This document shows, in pieces, positions 1-8,724 of a DNA stretch of 64,000 bases (position 1 is the stretch's first letter; the number at the start of each line of letters is the position of its first letter). This DNA comes from a candidate division WWE3 bacterium RIFCSPHIGHO2_01_FULL_42_13 (GTDB taxonomy: Bacteria; Patescibacteriota; WWE3; UBA101185; UBA10185). The position numbers and the translations under genes were made by a program. The notes beneath the pieces were generated by a model. The model was not told the origin of the DNA. It made no database searches and was given only the letters and a program-made list of their open reading frames with translations. The DNA is taken from positions 27,839-91,838 of the forward strand of contig MEVA01000006.1 in NCBI GenBank assembly GCA_001772625.1, in the 5' to 3' direction.

Positions 1-2
1 TG

Positions 3-290
3 AAAAATTTAGCAAGAGAATTAAAAGTTCCGGTTTTGGCAATTTCGCAGCTGTCACGTGCGGTTGAACAAAGGGGAGGGGACAAGCGTCCGCAGCTTTC
101 AGATTTGCGGGACTCAGGATCAATTGAACAGGACGCTGATATTGTTATGTTTTTGTACAGGCCCGATGAGGAGAACAGGGAAAGCTACAGTTTAATTATC
201 GCAAAACATAGAAACGGCGCGACCGGCGAAATTCCAATGTACTTTAAAGCTGATAGAACAAGATTTTTTGAGGTTGAAGGCGAAAGATAA
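3..290 (+). CDS. dnaB: Replicative DNA helicase DnaB, C-terminal fragment (5' end outside window)
   Basis: Frame is open from the window edge. [19 protein letters not shown]...[22 protein letters not shown]...[13 protein letters not shown] matches the DnaB RecA-fold C-terminal motifs. Confidence 0.85.
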   Translation, partial: KNLARELKVPVLAISQLSRAVEQRGGDKRPQLSDLRDSGSIEQDADIVMFLYRPDEENRESYSLIIAKHRNGATGEIPMYFKADRTRFFEVEGER

Positions 291-294
291 AACT

Positions 295-325
295 AAAACG
301 AGGCTCTTTTGGAACCTCGTTTTTG
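295..325 (+). terminator. Rho-independent terminator after dnaB
   Basis: Stem AAAACGAGG (295-303) pairs with CCTCGTTTT (315-323), followed by a T-run. Confidence 0.6.
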
Positions 326-357
326 TTTCATCTCTTAATTCCCCGGCTACCAACAAT

Positions 358-576
358 TCATTGTATTGGCTTTAGTGTGTATGGCTCGCTTTCTGTGGCT
401 GTGAATTCCGCCAAGTATTGTTGCCCCACAGCAAACTGTCGATTTACAGCGTTTTCTTGAAAGTTCCCGTGCCTGCCACCGTCAATTTGCTTATAGAAAA
501 CAAGACCTGCTGAAAGCTCTCTGATCTCAATAGCTATGAGACCGCTGGTCAGATTCTCTCCCATTCCGTCCTCCAA
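358..576 (-). CDS. Hypothetical protein (72 aa)
   Basis: ORF preceded on the minus strand by GGAGGA, 4 nt from the ATG. No recognisable family. Confidence 0.45.
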   Translation of the reverse strand: MEDGMGENLTSGLIAIEIRELSAGLVFYKQIDGGRHGNFQENAVNRQFAVGQQYLAEFTATESEPYTLKPIQ

Positions 577-704
577 TTTGTTGTTCTTGTAGGGTTTCTT
601 AGGCGAGTCCGTTTTACACCCAAGTCTTACATTTTAAGCACCTCGAGAGTAAAAAATCAAATACTATGCAGGGGACCAAATTGCGTTGGGGGAGGGGGTG
701 CGCT

Positions 705-1253
705 TTAGTTTTTCTTCGGAAATACGGTTATATTAACAGGCTTTCTTTCTGTTTCGGCAAAACTAATAATGGTAACATACCCCCTCCAGGAATTATTTTC
801 AAAGTTTATTCTCTTGCGTTCTGCATCAACGTCTGATACATCCTGTTGCTCTACATTTTCCCAACCTAAGTTTGGTAATACATTTAGATAATAGTCTGAT
901 ATTTCTTGGAAGGAGGAGTCGAATATATCGTAGTGAACACTTGCACTAGTATGTCCGTCTGGAAATCCATATCTGTTTTCAAGTACGATGGTCGAGTTGG
1001 GGTATGCTGGAATGCTTCTAGCCACCTTAAGCGACATTTGGCTTCCAAAAGCGTCCTGAAATAGGGTAAGGGGGATTAGGGACAAGAGAATAATAACTAG
1101 GGCTGTTGGGATGGCTGCGATTACAAAAAAGACCTTGACTGTTTTAGCGCCCGTCTTACTTCGGCTAAGGATAATTATTAATAAGACGGTCGAGATTAAT
1201 ATTAAAAGCTGAATAGGTGTTAGCAAGCTTATAAGCTCTGTAAGCAGACTCAC
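705..1253 (-). CDS. Membrane-anchored hypothetical protein
   Basis: 182-aa ORF with a GTG start. Two N-terminal hydrophobic helices, then a soluble domain. TGCTAAAAT lies 6 nt upstream of the start. Confidence 0.55.
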   Translation of the reverse strand: MSLLTELISLLTPIQLLILISTVLLIIILSRSKTGAKTVKVFFVIAAIPTALVIILLSLIPLTLFQDAFGSQMSLKVARSIPAYPNSTIVLENRYGFPDGHTSASVHYDIFDSSFQEISDYYLNVLPNLGWENVEQQDVSDVDAERKRINFENNSWRGYVTIISFAETERKPVNITVFPKKN

Positions 1254-1258
1254 GTTAA

Positions 1259-1295
1259 GATTTTAGCATATTAGAGCCTACACTATGCTAAAATC
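1259..1295. promoter_or_regulatory. Back-to-back divergent extended -10 promoters that form a 12-bp perfect palindrome
   Basis: GATTTTAGCATA (1259-1270) and TATGCTAAAATC (1284-1295). Each arm reads TGCTAAAAT toward its own gene: the minus-strand CDS starting at 1253, and the plus-strand tRNA-Leu at 1325. Confidence 0.5.
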
Positions 1296-1324
1296 TCAAT
1301 TGTATCCGCGTTATCTAAGCATCT

Positions 1325-1411
1325 GGGCAAGTGGCGGAACGGTATACGCGTTGGTCTCAAAAACCAATGGGAGTTGATCCTGTGAGGGTTCGAATCCCTC
1401 CTTGCCCACCA
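1325..1411 (+). tRNA. tRNA-Leu(CAA), CCA encoded
   Basis: Hand-folded cloverleaf. Acceptor GGGCAAG/CTTGCCC, anticodon loop CTCAAAA, long variable arm, T-arm GAGGG-TTCGAAT-CCCTC, discriminator A plus CCA. Confidence 0.95.
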
Positions 1412-1417
1412 AACCTT

Positions 1418-3166
1418 TTAGGATACGTGCCTTGGATTACAGTAAGTGACAACATAAACCTTTTTACCCACTAAATTATAAATAGGTGAGAGGTACTCTT
1501 CTTTGTATACAATTTTGGCAAGATCCCGGCTTACGGGTCTGTATTCCGGGGAAGTAAGGTTTTCGTAAATTCCGGGGTTTTTAAAATATTTACTTACAAT
1601 CTGTTTTTTCTCAAACCGCTTTAGGTAATTTAGTAACGGGTTTGGTGGCGATTCGTAATCTGTTTGAACGTAACATTCGTAGGTTAAGCCCTTTGGTTGT
1701 GCTCGCTCAATTTTATCCGAATTCCTTTTGTAGAAAACGCTGTTAAATTTATCGTAAGTTCCGCTTAAGAAAATACTGTACTTTAAAACCCGCTCTTCTT
1801 TTAGCCTTTCCGCATGGCTCCACTTAAGTTTATTTGTCCTGAAATAATCAAAATTAAGCAGGAAGGTTATCAGAAAAAGTAAAAGGCAGGCCAGTACTGC
1901 GGCAATTTTGCTTACTTTAATTTTCGAGGCCGAAAAGCTAATACCGGAAAGAAGAATCAAAAGCACAATAGTGTTTATGTAATACCTGTCAAAAGAACCC
2001 TTCATTAAAGCCACAGCACAATACATCCCTAACACTAAAAGTGTTAAAAACAGGTATCTTGCATCTATGAGAAACCTTTTTGATTTGAGAGCACCGGCAA
2101 GTTCTGCCGCCTTGTTAAAGCCAAAAAGAAGGAAAGTAAAAATACTTGTGGAAATAATAAAGCTTAAAAGGATTTTAAAGAGCACGTTATCAAATAGGTG
2201 GGTGCTGCGGATGAAGTCTGTTTTAGAAAGTAAACCTTCCACGTAAAGCACATTTCCCATAGGAAATATGTCAAGCCTAAAAATTTGGTAGGCCAAAACT
2301 GCCGCCCCGGCCAAGACTACAAACCTTATTTCTTTCTGCCTTGAGGATAAATAATTAACAAGCAAAGGCAGTAAAGATAGGCCAATGTAGGGAAGCGCCC
2401 ACAAAGCCCTTAAGCCCACACTAGACAAATCTTTTGCATCAACAAACAGCTGGTTTAGCCTCTGAACCTGCGTTTCGTTACTCCCTCTGTATTGAGGCCA
2501 AAGAAAGTTTATTAGCGAGAAAATAATAAAGGGTGTCAGTATAAGCAGAAGCTGTCTAAAGCGAAAGGCCCCCCTTTTGCTAAAAAGTAGCGCTAAATAA
2601 GTCAGGACATACGCTGCAAATACCACAAAACCAAACTGCCTGATCAAAATACTTAAGCCTCCAATAAGTACAGCCAAGAATAAGCTTCTGCTTTTGCCAT
2701 CTTCAAGGTAACAAAGATAAAAATAAATGCTCCATATCAAAAAAGCCAAAAAGTAGTTCTCGGTCATAAATGTTAAAGATGACATGTAAACAAAAGGATT
2801 AAAGGCTATGGCGAATAAAATCAGAAATTGGTAAGCCCGTAAAACTTTTTGCTGAAGCAGAATTTTATAAATTCCCAGAAGCATGAGCAGGGTAAAAGAT
2901 ATTGTTAAAACTTTAAGCGAGGTAAAATTTAGGCCGAAGATTTTTGCCCAGCCCGCCCCCATTAACCCCTGAAGCACAAAGGATGAGTCTATGAGTGAGT
3001 TTTTGGTAAAGTCTCCTTCCATAAAGTTTCTAACGTGGGTGTAAAAGTCCCAGTCATCATTTACGGCAAAATTTCCCCACGGGGACACAAGAAACACTGT
3101 GACCAAATAAACTGCGGCGGTAAGGAAAAGTGGGTTAATAAATAAGTTAACAAGCCTTCTTTTCAT
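1418..3166 (-). CDS. Polytopic membrane glycosyltransferase-like protein (GT-C, ArnT/PMT-like)
   Basis: 582 aa with many TM helices. An N-terminal loop carries NDDWDFY, typical of GT39/GT83-type lipid-linked sugar transferases. Family assignment is by motif only. Confidence 0.5.
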   Translation of the reverse strand: MKRRLVNLFINPLFLTAAVYLVTVFLVSPWGNFAVNDDWDFYTHVRNFMEGDFTKNSLIDSSFVLQGLMGAGWAKIFGLNFTSLKVLTISFTLLMLLGIYKILLQQKVLRAYQFLILFAIAFNPFVYMSSLTFMTENYFLAFLIWSIYFYLCYLEDGKSRSLFLAVLIGGLSILIRQFGFVVFAAYVLTYLALLFSKRGAFRFRQLLLILTPFIIFSLINFLWPQYRGSNETQVQRLNQLFVDAKDLSSVGLRALWALPYIGLSLLPLLVNYLSSRQKEIRFVVLAGAAVLAYQIFRLDIFPMGNVLYVEGLLSKTDFIRSTHLFDNVLFKILLSFIISTSIFTFLLFGFNKAAELAGALKSKRFLIDARYLFLTLLVLGMYCAVALMKGSFDRYYINTIVLLILLSGISFSASKIKVSKIAAVLACLLLFLITFLLNFDYFRTNKLKWSHAERLKEERVLKYSIFLSGTYDKFNSVFYKRNSDKIERAQPKGLTYECYVQTDYESPPNPLLNYLKRFEKKQIVSKYFKNPGIYENLTSPEYRPVSRDLAKIVYKEEYLSPIYNLVGKKVYVVTYCNPRHVS

Positions 3167-3198
3167 AAACCTCTATATTTTAGCTGGAAACACTTCTC

Positions 3199-3207
3199 TG
3201 GTACAAT
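3199..3207 (+). promoter_or_regulatory. Extended -10 element (TGGTACAAT) 7 nt upstream of the efp ATG
   Basis: TGnTAnnAT match. No SD lies between it and the ATG at 3215. Confidence 0.45.
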
Positions 3208-3214
3208 TCACCCG

Positions 3215-3769
3215 ATGATCGCAACAGAGCTAAAAACAGGCAAGATATTTCAGGAAGATGGTGTTCCTTTTAAGGTTCTCCGCTACGAACATATAAAATC
3301 AGCGCGGGGCGGGGCTAACGTTAAGGTAAAAGCTAGAAACCTTTTAAACGGCTCGGTTTTGGAAAAAGGTTACATGGCGACAGCCCGCGTGGAAGACGCC
3401 TCAATTACCAAAAACAACGCTCAATACCTTTACAAAGACAACTCCGGTTTTATTTTTATGAACCCAACCACGTACGAACAGTTCACAATTCCCAAAGATT
3501 TAATGGGTGATTCCGCTGATTTTCTAAAAGAAGGCGAGCCGGTTTTGGTAATGTACTTTGAGGACTTGCCAATAACAGTGGAGCTTCCAAAATCCATGAC
3601 TTTTGAAATAACCTACACGGAACCTGGATTTAAGGGAAATACCGTCACAAACACCTACAAAGACGCGACCCTTGAAAACGGCACTGTAATAAAAGTCCCG
3701 ACATTTATTAAAATAGGGGATAAAATTAAACTAAACACCGAAACGGGTGAGTATACTTCAAAGGCTTAA
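3215..3769 (+). CDS. efp: Elongation factor P
   Basis: 184 aa. MIATELKTGKIF...FKVLRYEHIKSARGGANVKVKARNLLNGSV is colinear with EF-P. Confidence 0.95.
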   Translation: MIATELKTGKIFQEDGVPFKVLRYEHIKSARGGANVKVKARNLLNGSVLEKGYMATARVEDASITKNNAQYLYKDNSGFIFMNPTTYEQFTIPKDLMGDSADFLKEGEPVLVMYFEDLPITVELPKSMTFEITYTEPGFKGNTVTNTYKDATLENGTVIKVPTFIKIGDKIKLNTETGEYTSKA

Positions 3770-3787
3770 TAAAGTATCAACAAAACT

Positions 3788-4492
3788 ATGATGCCGGCGC
3801 AAATTACAATTCAAAACTTCACAATTCATACTTTTGGAATTTTTATTTTGGTTGGGTTTTTGCTTTTGGCCTTTGGCGTTTGGAGCGAAGGAAAAAAAGA
3901 CGGCTTTAGTGAAGAAAAACTTTTTGATCTGCTTCTTTTGACCATTTTTTCCGCAATTCTTTTCTCGCGATTTTTTTATGCTTTAGGCACGGCAACAACC
4001 TTTGAGGCGTTAGTCAACAAAATCTATAAGGTTTGGGAACCAGGTTACAGCTTAACCGGCGCGCTTGTAGGTTCGCTTGTGCCGCTGTACGGGTTCTGCA
4101 AGGCATGGAAGTGGTCTTTTTACCGTATCATAGACATTTTCTCTTTAGGCTTGTCCTTGGCTCTAGCGGTGGTATTTTTGGGCTACGTTGGGTTGCAGGG
4201 GAAATTTGAATTTTTGTTTGCTTTTGCTGGATGGATATTTCTGTTTGCCATGCTATCAAGCTTTAGAAATTCAAAAATAAAATCAGGTTATGTTTTTTCG
4301 ATATTTTTGGCGCTAACTGCCGCTTTAGGCTTCATTTTTTTCCGCGATAGGCAATATTTGATCTTTTATGGCCTATTGGTTACACTGTCATTCGTAGTAT
4401 TTTTGTTTAGATCCAAACTTACAAACAATGACACACTTATCGAAAGAATTATTAGTGCAGTTAAAGGCAAAACTAGAGAGAAAAAAAGCTGA
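3788..4492 (+). CDS. Divergent prolipoprotein diacylglyceryl transferase-like membrane protein
   Basis: 234-aa polytopic protein. The N-terminal two thirds are colinear with Lgt (HTFGIFILVGFLL..., ...SRFFYAL..., WEPGYSLTGALVG). The GR-GNF-N-E signature was not found. Confidence 0.4.
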   Translation: MMPAQITIQNFTIHTFGIFILVGFLLLAFGVWSEGKKDGFSEEKLFDLLLLTIFSAILFSRFFYALGTATTFEALVNKIYKVWEPGYSLTGALVGSLVPLYGFCKAWKWSFYRIIDIFSLGLSLALAVVFLGYVGLQGKFEFLFAFAGWIFLFAMLSSFRNSKIKSGYVFSIFLALTAALGFIFFRDRQYLIFYGLLVTLSFVVFLFRSKLTNNDTLIERIISAVKGKTREKKS

Positions 4493-4775
4493 TTTGGAGC
4501 ACGAATTCGGCATAATGAAAAGCGAAGACTCTTACAACGACCCCGACAGAACTGTAGGAAACGCGGAAGATGCCGATGAGGCCTTTGAAGACACCAGCCA
4601 CCTGGAAACTAAGTTAAAAGAGGAAAATGCTACGCGGGCTTTGGGTTTGGTGGAAAAGGCTTTAGCAAAGATTGACTTGGGCACTTATGGTTTGTGTGAA
4701 GTTGGTGGGGAACCAATTGACGAGGCTCGTTTGCAGGCATTCCCCGAAGCCACAACTTGTGTAGATCATGCTTAA
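4428..4775 (+). CDS. DksA/TraR-family C4 zinc-finger protein
   Basis: Coiled-coil N-terminus. C-terminal LGTYGLCEVGGEPIDEARLQAFPEATTC is typical of the DksA/TraR (YteA-like) family. Overlaps the upstream ORF by 65 nt. Confidence 0.75.
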   Translation: MTHLSKELLVQLKAKLERKKADLEHEFGIMKSEDSYNDPDRTVGNAEDADEAFEDTSHLETKLKEENATRALGLVEKALAKIDLGTYGLCEVGGEPIDEARLQAFPEATTCVDHA

Positions 4776-5079
4776 TTGTTCCTACTTTTTATCTCAGTTT
4801 ATTTCCCAAAGAGAATTTATTTTAGGTTCCTTTATAGTTTTGATTTTAGTGTGGTGGTTTTTGTTTAAAACGGTTAGGGGTAGGGCAGAGCAGATTTTGG
4901 TGGGATTTGTGGTTGGTGGGGCGGCTCTAAATTTGCTTGAAAGAGTAGTTTTTGGATGTGTGAGAGATTACTTTAATTTTTTTGGCCTTTTTCGCTATAA
5001 CGCGTGGGATATTATAATAACGGTTGGGGTATTGACAATTTTACTCCGCACAGCTATAAAGAAATTCAATGCTCAATAA
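4768..5079 (+). CDS. Short lipoprotein signal peptidase (LspA)-like protein
   Basis: 103 aa. VVGGAALNLLERVVFGCVRDYF...YNAWDIIITVG aligns with the LspA GN-x-x-DR and FN-x-AD blocks. The first Asp is replaced by Glu and the N-terminal part is missing. ATG overlaps the upstream stop (ATGCTTAA). Confidence 0.5.
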   Translation: MLNCSYFLSQFISQREFILGSFIVLILVWWFLFKTVRGRAEQILVGFVVGGAALNLLERVVFGCVRDYFNFFGLFRYNAWDIIITVGVLTILLRTAIKKFNAQ

Positions 5080-5084
5080 ATAGT

Positions 5085-5888
5085 GTGGATATAACCAGGA
5101 TAAGCCTTATTCTAGGCTACATATTCACTTTTATTTGGTGGGCATGGCTTCAGTTTCACCCACAACTTTCACAGCTGAAAGTGCAAGCCTTTTCGGTAGC
5201 TGTTTTCACCTACATTTTCCTTGCTTTCTGTGCTATCTATCTTCAAATTCGAAAAGTAAAGTTGCCCGCAAAACTAGGTCTTGAGCTTATGGTACTCGGA
5301 AACTCTATCTTTGGACTTTTCTGGCTTAGTTGTTTCCTGGGTCAATCAGTAAACTCACGTTTTGGCCTCCTACTTTTACTTTTGTTTTTCCTTACTTCGT
5401 GGATTGGGCTGTTTTATTTATCTGAAGAGGGGGCTACCTTATCAAAGAATCTTCACCTTTCGATGGTTTTTGGACTAATTTTTGTCTTGATCACTTTTGT
5501 ATTTTCGGGTACGGGAGCAAATGGGTTTTTCGATGCAGCCCGTTTTTTGATTTTTTTCTTACCGCTTGGTGTTGTAAGCCTGATTTTAATTTCTATAGTG
5601 ATTTTAGTCCGCAAATATTCCGAGGACAGAGTAATTAGCTGGCTTTGTTTGGTTGTGCTAGGTTACCTCATGCATCTAGCCTCAGTTATTATGTTTTTGC
5701 GGGAGACCTTTGAACAGGCGGTCTTTTCTCCCGCCGCCGTGCCGTTTTTGGTTCTTACCGGAACGTTTCTGATTTCGGTAGGAGTTTTGGGTATTTTGCA
5801 TTCGCAGTCAGACTTAATTTTTGGTAAGCACGTAGGAATAACTTATTTTAGGGACGTAACTTACAAGGTTCCGATTAGTTTGAACTGA
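5085..5888 (+). CDS. Polytopic membrane protein, unknown function
   Basis: The ORF is open from 5004. The GTG at 5085 avoids overlap with the upstream gene. Multiple TM helices. Confidence 0.5.
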   Translation: MDITRISLILGYIFTFIWWAWLQFHPQLSQLKVQAFSVAVFTYIFLAFCAIYLQIRKVKLPAKLGLELMVLGNSIFGLFWLSCFLGQSVNSRFGLLLLLLFFLTSWIGLFYLSEEGATLSKNLHLSMVFGLIFVLITFVFSGTGANGFFDAARFLIFFLPLGVVSLILISIVILVRKYSEDRVISWLCLVVLGYLMHLASVIMFLRETFEQAVFSPAAVPFLVLTGTFLISVGVLGILHSQSDLIFGKHVGITYFRDVTYKVPISLN

Positions 5889-5921
5889 GTTTTGTTAATG
5901 AGGTGTTAGAATACCCCCACA

Positions 5922-6623
5922 ATGACACAAAAAGTGGATCTAATTTTTGAAGATGATTATATTTTAGTTTTGAATAAACCCTCTGGAATGGTTGTGAATA
6001 TTTCTGATACCTCGCCGGGTGAAACTTTACAAAATTACACGCAGGAAAAACTAGCCAAAGAGTTGGCTGACGCAGACAAAGAGAGTGATTTTTACAAGCG
6101 TGGGGGTCTTGTTCACAGAATTGATAAAGAAACTTCCGGGGTTGTTGTGGCGGCTAAAGATGAGGAAACCTTTGTAAGCCTTCAAGTTCAGTTTAAGGGT
6201 AGGGAAGTTGAAAAGGAATACGTGGCTTTGATTTTCGGCAAGCTTGATGAAGAAAAAATTGAGATCAGTGCTCCTATTGGAAGAAGCCCCCGCAATCGAA
6301 CGAAAATGGCTATAGTATCGGATGGAAAGGAAGCGGTAACGACAGTTGAGCAGGCAGAGGAAAGGGTAGTGGATGGGGAAGTTTTGTCATTGGTTCGAGC
6401 TTTTCCAAAAACCGGACGAACCCATCAGATTCGAGTTCACTTGGCCGCGCTAAACCACCCGATTGTTGGTGATGACTTGTACGCTGGCAAAAGACGAAGT
6501 GTTATTTCGAGAAAAATATTTGGAAGGCTTATGCTTCACGCGCATAAGATTACTTTTACCCACCCAAAAACGGGGGAGAGGGCGAGTTTTGAGGCCGGAC
6601 TGCCCAGTGAGTTTGCTGCTTAA
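5922..6623 (+). CDS. RluA-family pseudouridine synthase (no S4 domain)
   Basis: HRIDKETSGVVVAAKD and GRTHQIRVHLAAL motifs. TGTTAGAAT sits 9 nt upstream of the ATG. Confidence 0.9.
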   Translation: MTQKVDLIFEDDYILVLNKPSGMVVNISDTSPGETLQNYTQEKLAKELADADKESDFYKRGGLVHRIDKETSGVVVAAKDEETFVSLQVQFKGREVEKEYVALIFGKLDEEKIEISAPIGRSPRNRTKMAIVSDGKEAVTTVEQAEERVVDGEVLSLVRAFPKTGRTHQIRVHLAALNHPIVGDDLYAGKRRSVISRKIFGRLMLHAHKITFTHPKTGERASFEAGLPSEFAA

Positions 6624-6630
6624 AAGCTAA

Positions 6631-6662
6631 AAAAAGAAGGCTGCCTTTGGGCAACCTTCTTG
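6631..6662. terminator. Hairpin between convergent genes (bidirectional terminator candidate)
   Basis: GAAGGCTGCC / GGCAACCTTC stem with one mismatch, flanked by an A-run and a T-run. Confidence 0.5.
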
Positions 6663-6679
6663 CGTCGGTGTGATCTGGC

Positions 6680-7327
6680 TTAAGATGTAGCCATGCTTGC
6701 TGACGCCAATTTAGCTAAGCGGTCTTTCCCTTCCTTTTTAAGCTCTGCGTGTTTGGGAAGTTTTAGCAGGCCCTCAAGCCAATCCGAAAAACTGATGCCG
6801 TTTTTCTTCTCGTCCCACTGCCGCGACATCTCCGCCAGGTCCTCATCAGTTGCCGGTCGGGTTTTAATACCGTCAACAATTGCCAAGAGTCCGGTAAAGC
6901 TGTACGGTTTTGCATATCCCTCCCAGAACCCTGCAAGAATTGTGCATCCTTGGATGATTACACCTTTTTGCGTGGCGTTCCCCCCTAGGTAAAAGATCCT
7001 ATCAAGCCTGCCTTTTATGAAAAGCGCTTGCAACACCCCTTTCTGCATTGCCGGTTCTGTAGATGGTGCTTGATCCACCTTCTCCTCTACTTTTGTTGGC
7101 TCCGGCGATGATGCTTGGCTTCCCCCTCCGCCTGTCTTCGCTTTTTCCAATGCCAGGTCCTTCTGCAGTTGTTCTTGATAGGCCTGTTCCTCCGCTGCTT
7201 CCGCTGCCTCTTCAGCTTTTTTTGCGGCTGCGCTCTCACGTCGAAGAAAAAACGGAGCCAGCCACGGCAAGAGAGGTTTTGTTGCCACTCTTATCACGTT
7301 TTTTATAACGCCTTTTAGCCAGATCAT
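6680..7327 (-). CDS. Hypothetical protein (Ala/Glu-rich N-terminal part)
   Basis: 215-aa ORF with a GAGGAG SD 4 nt upstream of the ATG. Visibly more G+C-rich than its neighbours. The overlapping plus-strand ORFs are judged spurious. Confidence 0.5.
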   Translation of the reverse strand: MIWLKGVIKNVIRVATKPLLPWLAPFFLRRESAAAKKAEEAAEAAEEQAYQEQLQKDLALEKAKTGGGGSQASSPEPTKVEEKVDQAPSTEPAMQKGVLQALFIKGRLDRIFYLGGNATQKGVIIQGCTILAGFWEGYAKPYSFTGLLAIVDGIKTRPATDEDLAEMSRQWDEKKNGISFSDWLEGLLKLPKHAELKKEGKDRLAKLASASMATS

Positions 7328-7566
7328 TTAATCTCCTCGCTTAGTCTCACTCGGAATGATTTGTTCAGAATTATATTACAAATCAACCCCCTCCTCAACA
7401 GTGTGAGTTATAGGGTGTGGCAAGGCAGAAACTATAGGTAATAAATCAGACAAGACTATGAGACATACATTTTCACATTTCACCAACCCCAAAATTTCCC
7501 GTAGCAAAAGCATGAAATGTCATATTGGGTATGGACTTTACGCAGATTTTTTGCATAATAGTAATA

Positions 7567-8637
7567 ATGCCCAAAAGACCTGCCAAGGCCTCCAAAAGGA
7601 TATCAAACAAAAGAAAAAGAGGTTTTTCCTGGAAAACACTTGTTAAAGCAAGAAGAACGCAGAAGAAGTTCAGAAAAGGGGCAGCACTGGGTCTTCTTGC
7701 TACGTTCTCACTAGTATTTTTGGCAGGCATTTGGGGTTACAAGGCCATTACAAAACCTTTTGCTTCGGCGGAGTCTTCTACATCATTTGACATTAACAAT
7801 TCCGACATCGTTTCCCTCGCAATCATTTCTGTTGAAGATATAAACGCAATTCCGGCTAAAACTTCTTCGATTCACTTTGTAATTTTTGATAAAGCAGGCG
7901 GAAAAGTAGTGTCATACGAAATAGATTTGGCTACCACAACCGATGTCCCGGGCAAATTTGGTGTGGAGCCTTATTCAAACATTCTCTCACTTGGAATGTT
8001 AGATAGTAATGAGTTAAGTGCAGGTTCTGCCCTTCTTGTTGCAACGCTTGAAAAAGATTTTGCCTTTAATACAGACCGCTATATGGTGGTAGATGATGCT
8101 GTAACCACGGCAATTTTGGACACTTTTGTTCACGGAGAGGGTAACTCTTTACTTAGTTTAGACGTTCTTCAGGAGCTTGCCCTTTCCATAGACACAAACG
8201 TTACCATAAGTGAGTTTTTTAACCTTTTTACCTTTGTACGATCATTACGAAAAGACAGGTTCATCGCCCATCTTTTCGAAAATGAGGAAAGTTTAGATAT
8301 TTCCCTTAGAGATCTTACTTTTGATTCAAATGTCGCTACAGAAAAAGCAAGCGTCGGAATCCTAAATGGTACAGATATGCCGGGGGTTGCAAACTTTGCT
8401 TCAAGGGTGGTACGAAACGCGGGAGGGCACGTAATTGCCGCTGAAAACGCCTCAAAGATTTACGATGAAAGCTTACTTTTGGTTGAATCAACGGATTTGG
8501 CCGTAGTCAAGGAAATCCAAAAGTTTTTTGATGTGAAAAACGTGGTTTTGAAGAGTAGGGGAGGGGTGAACGAGGGCATCAGCGACCGCGTGGACGTAAC
8601 ACTTGTCATTGGAGTTGACATTGCGGGGAGGCTTTGA
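7567..8637 (+). CDS. Membrane-anchored LytR_C-domain protein
   Basis: Basic N-terminus (MPKRPAKASKR...) plus a TM helix. The C-terminal ASVGILNGTDMPGVANFASRVVRNAGGHV resembles the LytR C-terminal domain. ORF is open from 7525. Confidence 0.55.
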   Translation: MPKRPAKASKRISNKRKRGFSWKTLVKARRTQKKFRKGAALGLLATFSLVFLAGIWGYKAITKPFASAESSTSFDINNSDIVSLAIISVEDINAIPAKTSSIHFVIFDKAGGKVVSYEIDLATTTDVPGKFGVEPYSNILSLGMLDSNELSAGSALLVATLEKDFAFNTDRYMVVDDAVTTAILDTFVHGEGNSLLSLDVLQELALSIDTNVTISEFFNLFTFVRSLRKDRFIAHLFENEESLDISLRDLTFDSNVATEKASVGILNGTDMPGVANFASRVVRNAGGHVIAAENASKIYDESLLLVESTDLAVVKEIQKFFDVKNVVLKSRGGVNEGISDRVDVTLVIGVDIAGRL

Positions 8638-8724
8638 GATAATGTCTTTAGTCTCTCTCCTTTCTTTCTCCCCGCTCCAAATATGGGCGGGGAGATCTGT
8701 TATCCCCATACTTAACAAAACTTA

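Noticed and set aside
1259-1295. A 12-bp perfect palindrome (GATTTTAGCATA / TATGCTAAAATC) looked like an operator or terminator.
   Set aside because: Each arm is a copy of the TGCTAAAAT extended -10 element that recurs across the window, oriented toward a divergent gene (the CDS at 1253 and tRNA-Leu at 1325). No U-tract follows on either strand. It is best explained as two back-to-back promoters.
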